From a virus, in IMG/VR virus record IMGVR_UViG_3300032213_003338, positions 32,001 through 96,000 of that record: a DNA stretch of 64,000 bases; one strand, 5' to 3'. Under the pieces are notes generated by a model, which saw nothing but the letters and a program-made list of their open reading frames with translations, made no database searches and was not told the DNA's origin. Below are positions 18,856-28,471 of the stretch, piece after piece; position 1 is the stretch's first letter, and every line of letters starts with the position of its first letter. Position numbers and translations under genes: made by a program.

Positions 18856-19422
18856 ATGATCTGGCTAACATCCGACACACATTTTGGTCACACAAATATT
18901 ATCAAGTATTGCGAAAGACCATTTTCTTCCGCAGAGCAAATGGAAGAGGTTATCGTCAATAACATCAACTCAATGGTTGGCGAAAGAGATGAGCTTTATC
19001 ATCTTGGTGACTTTTGCTTTCACTCTAACGGCAAAAAGTGGGAAACAGAAGTAAACAAAATTCTCGACAAGATCAAGTGCAAAAACGTTTATCTTGTTTG
19101 TGGAAATCACGATCCATCTGCGTCCTATGCAAAGAATCGCAATACTGGATTTAAGGACATTTTTGAATATTACGAAATGTCAGCAAAGCATCTATTTTTG
19201 TCAATGCCAGAAAACAGGCGGAACACAAAGATGATTCTTATGCACTACCCAATTGAGTCGTGGAGTAGTCAAAACTATGGATCAATCCATCTTCACGGAC
19301 ACACTCACGGAAAGCTTTTCTCAACAATCAAAAACAGATACGATGTTGGCGTTGACAGCAATAATTACATGCCAATATCACTGATGCAGATTATGGATAA
19401 AATTGGAATGGAGAACAACTAA
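18856..19422 (+). CDS. calcineurin-like metallophosphoesterase
   Basis: SDTHFGH, LGD, GNHD, HYP, HGHTH, DVGVD. Confidence 0.9.
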   Translation: MIWLTSDTHFGHTNIIKYCERPFSSAEQMEEVIVNNINSMVGERDELYHLGDFCFHSNGKKWETEVNKILDKIKCKNVYLVCGNHDPSASYAKNRNTGFKDIFEYYEMSAKHLFLSMPENRRNTKMILMHYPIESWSSQNYGSIHLHGHTHGKLFSTIKNRYDVGVDSNNYMPISLMQIMDKIGMENN

Positions 19423-19558
19423 TGGAGTTTACTGATCAAAATGGCAAAAAATGGACTGGGTCTGAAATGGCAGCTGCTTTTTTGCTTCACACATTAATCT
19501 TTATGGCTAAGTCAATTTTATTCTGCATGATTTTTAACAAAATGACTGGCGGTGCGGT

Positions 19559-19768
19559 ATGACAGCAATAGTAGAAGTCAAGATAAACACACCAGAAGAT
19601 ATGGTTACTTTTGGTAACGCCATAAAGCAATTTGACATTGAGCATCTAAACGTTGCATCAAGTTACGGCTATTCAACAGTTTCCTACAAGTGCACAAAGC
19701 GAGAGCTTTCAAAAATAAGAGACTTTTGGAGAAACACATTTGATAGCTGCCGCGTAGTAGCATATTAA
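19559..19768 (+). CDS. hypothetical protein
   Basis: ORF before tRNA-Arg. Confidence 0.5.
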   Translation: MTAIVEVKINTPEDMVTFGNAIKQFDIEHLNVASSYGYSTVSYKCTKRELSKIRDFWRNTFDSCRVVAY

Positions 19769-19774
19769 AATAAT

Positions 19775-19848
19775 GTTCCCGTAGCTCAGTTGGATAGAGC
19801 AAGTGCCTTCTAAGCACTAGGTCGCGGGTTCGAATCCCTCCGGGAACG
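19775..19848 (+). tRNA. tRNA-Arg(UCU)
   Basis: canonical cloverleaf, AGTGC-CTTCTAA-GCACT. Confidence 0.95.
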
Positions 19849-19866
19849 CTAAACTAAAGAAAAAAA

Positions 19867-20316
19867 ATGAATTACTCAATATCTACAATTTACGGTGAAG
19901 GACAGCATTTCTACACAACGATTGATCAAGGATCAACATATGTTGGTTTATCATTCACTTCACCTCTCAATTTTAACTACAATTACTCTATCACTGAACC
20001 TAGAGGGCCGGCACTAAATCCGCCAACAACCATTAATTATTCGATACCATCAAACGATTACTTCATGGGAACCTTCAGTGGTTTTTGGGTTCATAACATC
20101 TACAGAGATGGTCATCTAGTTTATACAACACAAGGTGTAAATCAACAACTGTTCATCCCAATACAGTATGACTTCGTGCAAAGTGTCTCAATGTCTTTTG
20201 CCGCAGAATCAATTCCATATGACGGCCCTGCGAGGCCTCCAGTTCCTGGACCATCAGTTGTGTCTGCAATTGCCGTTGGCGTTTTGATTTTTGCTGCTAG
20301 GAAAAGACACAGATGA
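19867..20316 (+). CDS. PEP-CTERM-like sorting-signal protein
   Basis: C-terminal VPGP + hydrophobic helix + RKRHR. Confidence 0.7.
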   Translation: MNYSISTIYGEGQHFYTTIDQGSTYVGLSFTSPLNFNYNYSITEPRGPALNPPTTINYSIPSNDYFMGTFSGFWVHNIYRDGHLVYTTQGVNQQLFIPIQYDFVQSVSMSFAAESIPYDGPARPPVPGPSVVSAIAVGVLIFAARKRHR

Positions 20317-20867
20317 AAAGAAAGAGGGGCAAAAAAATGCCAGCACTTGAAAGAAGGCCTTTGTTCTCCGAGATGAACGAGGATCAGGCAAATGAGTATA
20401 TTGTTTGTTACATTGAAAATAGATTTCCAAGAAGCGGTCCACTAATTGGAAAGCTTCCCGTGTCTGAGAGGGATGATGCTGTTCAAGAAATCTACATTGA
20501 TCTTTGGGAAAATAGATTTTCATACGACCCAACAAAGGCAGACTTTTCTACGTATGCCTTTAATCGCGGTCGCGGTGTTGTTAAAGATCTGATGACCAAG
20601 AAAAATAAGACATACAGGGTGGCATCTAAGATCTTTCAAGAAAAGCCAAAGTGCTATTATGTGGAAGATCATCTAAACGAGGTAGTTGAGCAAGCCGAAA
20701 AAATCCTCAGCAAGATCAGGCCGGAGTATGCTCAAATAATGAAAATGCGTTTTATCGAAGATATGACAATTGACGCAATCGCAAAGAGGATTAATTGCAG
20801 CAAGCAGAAAGTCTATCAGGTAATTTCTAGGGCTTGCGAAGAGAGTAAAAGGTGTATTAATATTTGA
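20313..20867 (+). CDS. sigma-70-family (ECF-like) sigma factor
   Basis: DDAVQE..IDLW, YDPTKADFSTYA region 2; region-4 HTH (TIDAIAKRINCSKQKVYQ). Confidence 0.8.
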   Translation: MKRKRGKKMPALERRPLFSEMNEDQANEYIVCYIENRFPRSGPLIGKLPVSERDDAVQEIYIDLWENRFSYDPTKADFSTYAFNRGRGVVKDLMTKKNKTYRVASKIFQEKPKCYYVEDHLNEVVEQAEKILSKIRPEYAQIMKMRFIEDMTIDAIAKRINCSKQKVYQVISRACEESKRCINI

Positions 20868-21271
20868 TGAAACGGTACAATGATGCAAAAAAAATACTAT
20901 TCGCAGACTACAAAAATATTATGTCTGCGTATAGTCTCATTTGTACCCAGATTGAATTTCAAGAAAATGATCTAACACAAGATCAAATATCAGCAAAAGC
21001 AGCGTATTATACAGTCGTCTGGAGATACCTTGAGGGCGTCTCCCCAATGGTGTCATCGATTGAAAAGTTTATCAAGCAAAATCTTGATATTGTTCTTACA
21101 GAGATAGACAACGAGCTTGCTATAGCGATTCTCATAGAGAGCAAAATACACGATCTTGAGATAAACGGCCTGGCTTCTGTGACAAGAAATCAGGACGGAA
21201 CAACCGTAGTAAACCTCACGGAAAAAGGCAAAGAGGTTTCGAAAAAGATCAAAAGAGATGTGAGAGACTAA
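20867..21271 (+). CDS. hypothetical protein (C-terminal wHTH-like LTEKG)
   Basis: GTGTAT at 20852. Confidence 0.55.
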   Translation: MKRYNDAKKILFADYKNIMSAYSLICTQIEFQENDLTQDQISAKAAYYTVVWRYLEGVSPMVSSIEKFIKQNLDIVLTEIDNELAIAILIESKIHDLEINGLASVTRNQDGTTVVNLTEKGKEVSKKIKRDVRD

Positions 21272-21272
21272 A

Positions 21273-21740
21273 ATGATTGAACGATGCAACAAGTCTGTAC
21301 CAACAGAGATTCTATTTGTTCACGTTACAACTAATCTTGCGCTACAGATGCAGTCAGTTGTCAGCAACCAGCCCACAATGAAGGCTGCTGAAAGAGAATA
21401 CGGAATTATCGGCAAGCAGCTAAAGAAAAACTTTTCTTTTATCTACACGGTCCTTGAGTCAATAGTATCATTTAACAGCGAGTGGGAGAAACAGATTACA
21501 GTATCTGCCGCAATGCTTGCGGTAGAGGCTTTTGCTCTCTCTCAGCAAGAGGATGTTTCGGAAGAAAAAGCAAAAGATATTGAATGTATTTTAGACTGGA
21601 CCGCTCTACAATATAAGAGCGGCACATATCGTGCCAACAAACCAGGATACAAATGGCGAGCAGCACTAATATTTCTTCTACTAAACGAAGTAAGCAACGA
21701 CACAAAACAACAAAAACCAAAGCGAAAGGCAAAAAGCTGA
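21273..21740 (+). CDS. hypothetical protein
   Basis: ORF in gene run. Confidence 0.55.
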   Translation: MIERCNKSVPTEILFVHVTTNLALQMQSVVSNQPTMKAAEREYGIIGKQLKKNFSFIYTVLESIVSFNSEWEKQITVSAAMLAVEAFALSQQEDVSEEKAKDIECILDWTALQYKSGTYRANKPGYKWRAALIFLLLNEVSNDTKQQKPKRKAKS

Positions 21741-22171
21741 AGTTCAATAGCGGCATGTATGCTCAAATGCTCTTTCCATCCATTTGCCATCTAAATGGGT
21801 GGGAGTGCGCAAGGCCGCTTCTTGAAGAGCTTCACTACGATTTTGTTGTTCGCGGTCTTAATGGAAATGAGTTTTCGACTGTTCAAGTTAAACAGTGCTT
21901 CTATGATAGAAAAAAAGAATCATTCAGATGCGATATCCGGAAAAAATCTTCCGGCAACAAGAAAGTACCTTATGAAGAAGGCGACTTTGATTTCCTGGCG
22001 GTCTACAATCCGATCACGGACTCATGGTATCTATTTTCGTGGGAATCCGTCAGTCATATCTCAAGCGAGATTTCAATAAATGACAGTCACGCCAGACACA
22101 AAATCCGTGTGGATATTCCGTTCGCTGGACCAAATCTTGCAAGAATTCGAGCAAAGAAAAAGCGAAAATAA
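21653..22171 (+). CDS. PD-(D/E)XK endonuclease (homing-type)
   Basis: YDFVV...VQVK...Y...DFDFLAVY; start uncertain. Confidence 0.7.
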   Translation: MASSTNISSTKRSKQRHKTTKTKAKGKKLKFNSGMYAQMLFPSICHLNGWECARPLLEELHYDFVVRGLNGNEFSTVQVKQCFYDRKKESFRCDIRKKSSGNKKVPYEEGDFDFLAVYNPITDSWYLFSWESVSHISSEISINDSHARHKIRVDIPFAGPNLARIRAKKKRK

Positions 22172-22400
22172 AAAACTTGCTCAGCAATTTAACTATACTG
22201 ATATGAACAAAGGTGATGGGAGTACGGTACTCGTCACCACCAATGATGATGGTAAGCCTGAAGGCTGTTTGTGCAGGCACTGCTTTCAAAAATTGGATCA
22301 TTTACCGTTTTCTTACGGAAAGTATGTAAGTCCAATATGCGTAAAGTGTTTGCGCGATATTGCTTGGATTGAGTCACCAAATAACACAAAGGAGATTAAG

Positions 22401-22637
22401 ATGAAGAAGAGAACATCAAAGAACGATCCCGCTTCGGTACAGATTAACTGGTCAGAGTTTGAAACAATGGTCTCAAATGGAACAGCAAAACTTGTTGCTC
22501 TTGCGCAATCATACAATGTTTATCCAAATGATATGCGAGATATGATTATCGCAAAGTATGGAGAGAAGATTGAATTCAAGCGCGGCAAGAACGGTGGAGT
22601 TCGATTTAAGTCCGCAGTCCCTCAGCCTACAATGTAA
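22401..22637 (+). CDS. hypothetical protein
   Basis: AAGGAG SD before ATG 22401; longer in-frame start possible. Confidence 0.5.
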   Translation: MKKRTSKNDPASVQINWSEFETMVSNGTAKLVALAQSYNVYPNDMRDMIIAKYGEKIEFKRGKNGGVRFKSAVPQPTM

Positions 22638-22638
22638 C

Positions 22639-23259
22639 ATGAACTTCAGCTGGAAAAATTGCAAAGTCGTATCGGTTGTTGGAAACACAGGCAGCGGAAA
22701 AACCGCTGCTTGTTTTAATATTTTAGCTTCCGTAAAGGATAAAAAGACCTACATAGTAGATCACCCGTTTCCAGAAGCACTAGACGGCACTGGTGTTGAA
22801 AACATCCCCTCAATATCTTTTGAGGAGGTTTCAGACTGCGTGATTTGGGTTGATGAGCCACAGCTTGTATTTCCGAAATACGAAAGACGAAACAACGATG
22901 CTCTCTTAATGATGTGTTCTCTGGCTAGACAGAGAGACATTACTCTTGTTTTTTCCACAAGCGATACGCGATGGATCAACAAGGGAATGGAGTCTTATGT
23001 CGATACCTGGCTCATCAAGAATCTTGATTTCAACATGGTAAAGCAAGGCAGCATAATCAAAAAGATTATTGCTCAAAAGAACCACAATATCATGCCTTCT
23101 ACTTTTAAGCTAGCGCAAGAAGAGGCTATATTGTATTGCCCGAATCAAATAGACAGACCACAGAAGGTAAAGATGGGATTGCCCAAGTTTTGGAGCGATA
23201 AGCTCAGCAAGCCATACAAGTATTCAGCACTTAATTCATCAGCAATTTTTGGAGAATAA
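22639..23259 (+). CDS. P-loop ATPase
   Basis: GNTGSGKT Walker A, VIWVDE Walker B. Confidence 0.8.
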   Translation: MNFSWKNCKVVSVVGNTGSGKTAACFNILASVKDKKTYIVDHPFPEALDGTGVENIPSISFEEVSDCVIWVDEPQLVFPKYERRNNDALLMMCSLARQRDITLVFSTSDTRWINKGMESYVDTWLIKNLDFNMVKQGSIIKKIIAQKNHNIMPSTFKLAQEEAILYCPNQIDRPQKVKMGLPKFWSDKLSKPYKYSALNSSAIFGE

Positions 23260-23260
23260 A

Positions 23261-23509
23261 ATGATTGTCAAAGTAAAGAGTGAAACAGAAAATCCGCACG
23301 TGTTCTGCGTTGACCAGCCAGCAAAATACAACAACGGACATCACGAGCTGTACTGCCTTTTTAATGGTATTACGCCAGAAATTGGAAAAAGCTATAGCGC
23401 AATGCCAGTGCACAAGTGGGTCGATATCAATTACAAAGAAACAGTAATTGCACACTGCTTTGTTTCTAAAGGTCAACCAATAGATGATAACTATTCAGTT
23501 TATAATTGA
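23261..23509 (+). CDS. hypothetical protein
   Basis: GGAG SD. Confidence 0.5.
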   Translation: MIVKVKSETENPHVFCVDQPAKYNNGHHELYCLFNGITPEIGKSYSAMPVHKWVDINYKETVIAHCFVSKGQPIDDNYSVYN

Positions 23510-23795
23510 TGAAGAAGATTCATCAACTGAAATACAATACGACGACCCTTCGGAAATTTCTGACGAAATAGCGTATAAGATTCTCTATTGCTCGCAGATA
23601 TCTAAAGAGTGCTTTCTTGATTCAGCTGATGCAATTGCGGATATAATTGGACTTGAAAAGACGCAGGCAATGGTAAATGGAATACTTGAAAGATCTTCCA
23701 CACTTACAGGATCAAGCCAAAACAAAAAGGATACTGTTATACCAACGGTATTTTTAAAAAATGACGACAACGGAAGAGATGCTCAGATCGATTGA
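23484..23795 (+). CDS. hypothetical protein
   Basis: ORF in gene run. Confidence 0.5.
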   Translation: MITIQFIIDEEDSSTEIQYDDPSEISDEIAYKILYCSQISKECFLDSADAIADIIGLEKTQAMVNGILERSSTLTGSSQNKKDTVIPTVFLKNDDNGRDAQID

Positions 23796-24201
23796 TAGTG
23801 GATATCGTTTTTTTCTTGATCTTATGAACCCGCAAAAAACACCAAGGGTTCCAAAAGAAATAAGACAAAGAGCGCGCCGTGTTTCAAAACACTTTCCTTT
23901 TGATCACAAATACCTACTGCTACATACATCAGAGCTACAGCACAGTCGTCTTCTTGATGAAATAGAGGTGCTTCAAGACACTTGTGATCATCTTCAGACA
24001 GACAGGAACTGCCTTGCAGACGGCATACCACGTAAATATAAAATCGCAATGGAAGTTCTTGAATCAGAACAATTTGCGTGGTTGATGGCTGGCTCTAATC
24101 ACGTTAACTCAAATATCAACGCCATTAGACCGGCATACCAGGCCTGGAAAGAGGCCGGTGGTAGAGGATTTTTTAGTAAGGAACAAAATGCCAAAGTCTA
24201 A
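23761..24201 (+). CDS. hypothetical protein (TPRVP..IR..A...KHFP family)
   Basis: recurrent phage motif. Confidence 0.6.
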   Translation: MTTTEEMLRSIDSGYRFFLDLMNPQKTPRVPKEIRQRARRVSKHFPFDHKYLLLHTSELQHSRLLDEIEVLQDTCDHLQTDRNCLADGIPRKYKIAMEVLESEQFAWLMAGSNHVNSNINAIRPAYQAWKEAGGRGFFSKEQNAKV

Positions 24202-24466
24202 AAAAACAAAAGATTGTGGCGAATATCGACCAACAATTGTTGGAAACGGCTACGATGGTGAATTGGAAATAACACCGTGGTATAGCTCTACAAGAAAACA
24301 AAAGGTGGTTGACATAAGATCAGATATTTTGTCAAGCAGTGACCCGGTCCCGCCAGCGATTTCCTTTTACGATCCAGCTCGTCTAAGAAGGATATCATCA
24401 GTAATCTCGTCTCTAGCTGACTGGATGGAAGACAAGGGCGCCAACAAGGAGAACAACAATGACTAA
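24188..24466 (+). CDS. hypothetical protein
   Basis: AAGGA SD. Confidence 0.5.
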   Translation: MPKSKKTKDCGEYRPTIVGNGYDGELEITPWYSSTRKQKVVDIRSDILSSSDPVPPAISFYDPARLRRISSVISSLADWMEDKGANKENNND

Positions 24467-24647
24467 AACCACAAAAAAGACCAAAACTAAGACCGCAAAT
24501 AAGACTCTAAGACTTTTCCCTGATCATGGCGTGCTTGGCTTCCTTATGGATATTGCCATCACCGTAATGTTTCTTGGAACGGCATTCATGATGATGATGC
24601 TGTGCGTTCAGTTGGCTGAAAAGATCACCATTACCTTTGGAAAATAA
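24459..24647 (+). CDS. small membrane protein
   Basis: AAGGAG SD, hydrophobic segment. Confidence 0.55.
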   Translation: MTKTTKKTKTKTANKTLRLFPDHGVLGFLMDIAITVMFLGTAFMMMMLCVQLAEKITITFGK

Positions 24648-24651
24648 TAAC

Positions 24652-24834
24652 ATGGCCACCAAGACCAAAACGAATAAGACACCGATCACCCTCCACGGCA
24701 AGATGGATCACATTCAGGAGATGATTGAATTCCTATCCAATGAAATCATGGATGGCACGATCACCAACAACGAGATCACCGATAAGCTGGACGAGATCGT
24801 TACCAAAATTGAGAACTTTAAGGACTTGCTCTGA
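24652..24834 (+). CDS. hypothetical protein
   Basis: coupled ORF. Confidence 0.5.
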   Translation: MATKTKTNKTPITLHGKMDHIQEMIEFLSNEIMDGTITNNEITDKLDEIVTKIENFKDLL

Positions 24835-25346
24835 TGCCCGACTACGAACCACTAGACTGCCGCCTTCGCTGCCACTCCAAGCGCACCGATCTTCCACCTG
24901 ATGTTCTTCGGGATATCTGTGAGGCTTACGTGAGGCTCCTCAACCTGGAAGAGGAATGCAATAAGAACAAGCAGTTGCAAGCCGAACGCGATGAGGCTCG
25001 CCGTGATGTCTGTAGTATGATGCACATGACTGGCTTCCTTGCAGGTGACTATGCTCACTCAAAGGGTTGGGATTGTTTCAAAGATGGTTATCCTGGCTTC
25101 TCATCCGATGTAAATAATTTTAGAGTTATATGGAATTCGCACACAGATAAAGTGACTGCCGAAAGAGACGAGGCCAGGAGGAATCTCTGTGATCTATATG
25201 TTAAAGGTCAGCCAAGTGCAAGCAGTATGACATCCCACGATTATGCCAATGAACTTGGATGGGATTGCTTTGGAAGGCCAAAGACGGAACAGCAAATGGC
25301 TATGGATAGACTCGCAGAACTTGATGAAGAACTTGGTCTTCAATAA
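24834..25346 (+). CDS. hypothetical protein with two AERDEARR..C...GWDCF modules
   Basis: internal duplication; same module as genes at 3136 and 3378. Confidence 0.7.
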   Translation: MPDYEPLDCRLRCHSKRTDLPPDVLRDICEAYVRLLNLEEECNKNKQLQAERDEARRDVCSMMHMTGFLAGDYAHSKGWDCFKDGYPGFSSDVNNFRVIWNSHTDKVTAERDEARRNLCDLYVKGQPSASSMTSHDYANELGWDCFGRPKTEQQMAMDRLAELDEELGLQ

Positions 25347-25375
25347 GAATACTTCCTACAATATATACAAAACAA

Positions 25376-25819
25376 ATGAAGAAGAAGGTTGACTGGACTA
25401 AGAAACCAGAAATTCGCTGGGAAAAGCGACTTTGTCCAATTTGTAATGAGCCAACTGGAGAAATGAGCAAATGCCATGATCCAAACTCAAAACGAATATT
25501 TGATTCCTCAGATGAGGACGCCCCATTTCCAAAAACAATTGAGGTTAATGGGGACATACTTCCTCTGTTTAGTCCGCAATGCGCCTTTAGAAAAAGCAAT
25601 GAATTTCTTGTTTTTGTAAACTTTCCAATAACACACGAGATGGCGGATATTCTTGGGTCTATTGATGGTGTTGAAAAAATAATAGTTAAGTCTCCGTACA
25701 GAATGTTTGTTACTATTGCGGAGCAGTTTGATGAAGTTCAAATTAAGCAGCACTTTAACAAGTGCTACAGAGATCACGTACTAGAAAAGGCAAATGAAAA
25801 TGAGAATCAAAGTTCTTGA
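25376..25819 (+). CDS. hypothetical protein
   Basis: CPIC motif; ORF upstream of thyX. Confidence 0.55.
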   Translation: MKKKVDWTKKPEIRWEKRLCPICNEPTGEMSKCHDPNSKRIFDSSDEDAPFPKTIEVNGDILPLFSPQCAFRKSNEFLVFVNFPITHEMADILGSIDGVEKIIVKSPYRMFVTIAEQFDEVQIKQHFNKCYRDHVLEKANENENQSS

Positions 25820-26573
25820 TTACGGACACGTTGAGCTTGTTGATCATATGGGAAACGATCTAACGGTCGTTAATTCTGCGCGCGTTTCATTTAATAAAGA
25901 AAGCTCGTGGGCTATGGACTATCCATTTGGAGAAAGCGATGAAAGCCCAATTAAGACGCTGTCTCAAAAAGACAAAGCCCTAATTAAATATTTAGCTGAA
26001 CACAAGCACTGGACGCCATTTTCGCATCCGCAGATTACACTTCGGATCAAGGCCCCTATTTTTGTTCGAACACAGCTTTTTAAACATAAAGTTGGCTTCA
26101 CCGAAAACGAAGTCTCAAGACGATATGTTCAAGAAGATCCACAAATATACTATCCAAGATGGCGCGGAAAACCAACAAATGGTGCAAAGCAAGGCTCAGA
26201 GGACTTTTTAGATATAAATGAAGACTATAATTACGTGAATCGTTGCTATTCAATGGCTGTTGAAGAAGCAATGACAACGTATAGAATGCTTATTAATAAA
26301 GGAGTGGCCCCTGAACAAGCCCGATCTATTCTTCCACAGGGCGCTTACACCGAGTGGTGGTGGACTGGATCTCTTGCCGCATACGCTCGCGTGTATTCAC
26401 AAAGATCGGACCCTCACGCGCAATGGGAAGTTAGACAGTACGCTGATGTTTTTGACAAGATAATCGGACCACTTTTTCCGGTTTCTTGGGAGTGCTTAAC
26501 AAATGTCAAGACGTCAGGAACTGCTAGAGAAAATAATCATTACAAGCCTGTCTCTAAAGTCGAACAGCAATAA
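25794..26573 (+). CDS. thyX: FAD-dependent thymidylate synthase
   Basis: VNSARVS, HWTPF, APIFVRTQLFKH, NEVSRRY, PEQARSILP, HAQWE. Confidence 0.95.
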   Translation: MKMRIKVLDYGHVELVDHMGNDLTVVNSARVSFNKESSWAMDYPFGESDESPIKTLSQKDKALIKYLAEHKHWTPFSHPQITLRIKAPIFVRTQLFKHKVGFTENEVSRRYVQEDPQIYYPRWRGKPTNGAKQGSEDFLDINEDYNYVNRCYSMAVEEAMTTYRMLINKGVAPEQARSILPQGAYTEWWWTGSLAAYARVYSQRSDPHAQWEVRQYADVFDKIIGPLFPVSWECLTNVKTSGTARENNHYKPVSKVEQQ

Positions 26574-27180
26574 GATTGTATATGACCACGCTTTTGTAAA
26601 TGAGCACGGCTTTTACGCCTGTGTTGTTGACACCGCCTCTCTTGATCTTTTTGAGCCTGGGCTACCACAAAATAATAGATTAATATCAGCAATAAACTAC
26701 CCATATCAGGGTCTTAGCAAGGACAGCGCGCTTGACTGCCTTGTTAAGACCTTTTCAATTATGAATAGTTCTTGTATGGGCGTAATAACAAGTCTAGATA
26801 AAAGTGATGTCGAGTCTGGTAATTACGAAAAAATGAGGGAGTTTCTTCTAGAGCTTTCTGAGCTTTCAGCGGTGGAAAAAAGAGTCGCTGTTGAGTTTTC
26901 TTGGCTTAAGTCCGACGAGCATTTGTCAAAACTGTTGAGCGTTGTTGCGCCGTATGAAGAAGTGCGTCTGGTTTTTTCTGGATTTTTATCAAACCCGAAA
27001 GACCTTAAAGAATTAAAGCAAGCCGCCAAAATATGCAAGGTCTCTGGCTTTGATAATTACGAGTACTTTGGATCAGTTCCAAACAAGATATCTAATATAT
27101 TCTCGATATTTGATATGGGATACAAGCTTGTCGGAACGCCTTCTCAGGCAATTCCAAAGCTGTTGCTAGATAAATTATGA
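26503..27180 (+). CDS. degenerate DeoC/aldolase-like TIM-barrel protein
   Basis: SAINYPYQG, SGNY...E, KRVAVE, GYKLVGT resemble DeoC layout. Confidence 0.4.
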   Translation: MSRRQELLEKIIITSLSLKSNSNKIVYDHAFVNEHGFYACVVDTASLDLFEPGLPQNNRLISAINYPYQGLSKDSALDCLVKTFSIMNSSCMGVITSLDKSDVESGNYEKMREFLLELSELSAVEKRVAVEFSWLKSDEHLSKLLSVVAPYEEVRLVFSGFLSNPKDLKELKQAAKICKVSGFDNYEYFGSVPNKISNIFSIFDMGYKLVGTPSQAIPKLLLDKL

Positions 27181-27201
27181 TTGGTATTAAAAAACAAACT
27201 A

Positions 27202-27207
27202 GTGTAT
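27202..27207 (+). promoter_or_regulatory. GTGTAT putative late promoter
   Basis: intergenic, upstream of the 27228-28855 gene run that ends in a terminator. Confidence 0.55.
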
Positions 27208-27227
27208 TTTAAAACAAGAGGATAAAC

Positions 27228-27842
27228 ATGGCAACTAAATCAACTTCTAGTGCAACTACATATACAACAGCTGAATCAAACTTCGCTCAAACTGCTCGCG
27301 GCCTTGGTATCAGAAGAAACCAAGACACCCCACCAAGCCCAACATTTGATAAGCTTGGAAACTTTACAAGCCTTTCAAAGGCTGACGTCTCTGTACCAAG
27401 CTATGTAACAACCACATTTGCTGCCGGAAGCTTCACAGCAAGAGTTGCTGGCTTTGCCCAGACAGAATTTAGAAGAAAGCCAGGCGACACTACTCTTGCT
27501 TCCGCACAGCCGCTAGCTGGAATCCCAGAAAGAGTTGCGGACGGTGGCCAAAGAACATACTCACTAATTAAACAATACGATCTAAAAGAAAACGTTCAAA
27601 GCGGTGAGGCTACAAGATGGATGGATCTTTACGGTCGTGTTCTTGAAGTTAACGGATCTAACATAGCAATTCTTAACGACAAAGCCGCTAACGCTGAAAT
27701 CACATCCACAACCTTTAGTGCAGATACAGCCTCTGGTAATGAGACATACGCTAAGAACAAGGGTCTTACTTACTACACAAAGTACACTGGCGGAAACAAA
27801 TCAATAGGTGGGGTTGAAGCATTCAGCGTAGGCAAAGGATAA
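27228..27842 (+). CDS. putative virion structural protein
   Basis: T/A/S/G-rich, GAGGA SD, late motif. Confidence 0.55.
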   Translation: MATKSTSSATTYTTAESNFAQTARGLGIRRNQDTPPSPTFDKLGNFTSLSKADVSVPSYVTTTFAAGSFTARVAGFAQTEFRRKPGDTTLASAQPLAGIPERVADGGQRTYSLIKQYDLKENVQSGEATRWMDLYGRVLEVNGSNIAILNDKAANAEITSTTFSADTASGNETYAKNKGLTYYTKYTGGNKSIGGVEAFSVGKG

Positions 27843-27854
27843 AAGGCATAAAAA

Positions 27855-28463
27855 ATGTCAACAAACATAACAACACTAAATAATAACAAGAGCGTCTTTA
27901 AAGGCGGCGGTAGAGATATCGGCCCTGCGGCTGGTGATGTTCAGCACAACGACATAAGACCAACCCAACCAAACAACCAATTCACAACCTTTAGAGGCCC
28001 AAAACAACTGCAAATTTCAGCTGGCACCACAGAAGTATTCAATGTTAGAGCAATGCAGCTTGATGATGATGATCAAACTATTGCCATTAAGTTTAACTCT
28101 CCATCAGAATGCTTTACTGGTAACGGTGGAATGTTTATATCAGAGCACGACTTTATCATTGACAGCATAAAATTTAGATCAAGCAGCCCAAACGTTGGCG
28201 CCCTTACAGCAACACTCTTTAAATCAAATAGCGGAACCGCTTTTTCTGCCGGTACAGCCATTACTGCTGCGATGGACTTAACAACAGCAGCTCACACCGT
28301 TGCAACTGGTGCGTTGGTATCAGATACTGCTAGAACTGTAGTAAGGGGACAATCTGTTGGTCTAGTATTTACCGGCACACCCGATCAGGCTTCTGGCGTA
28401 CTTTTTAGCGTCAAGGCTAGACGCGTAATACCAGGAACAAGATTCGACAACTACCTAGAATAA
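27855..28463 (+). CDS. putative virion structural/decoration protein
   Basis: beta-rich T/A/G composition. Confidence 0.55.
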   Translation: MSTNITTLNNNKSVFKGGGRDIGPAAGDVQHNDIRPTQPNNQFTTFRGPKQLQISAGTTEVFNVRAMQLDDDDQTIAIKFNSPSECFTGNGGMFISEHDFIIDSIKFRSSSPNVGALTATLFKSNSGTAFSAGTAITAAMDLTTAAHTVATGALVSDTARTVVRGQSVGLVFTGTPDQASGVLFSVKARRVIPGTRFDNYLE

Positions 28464-28471
28464 GGATAAAA

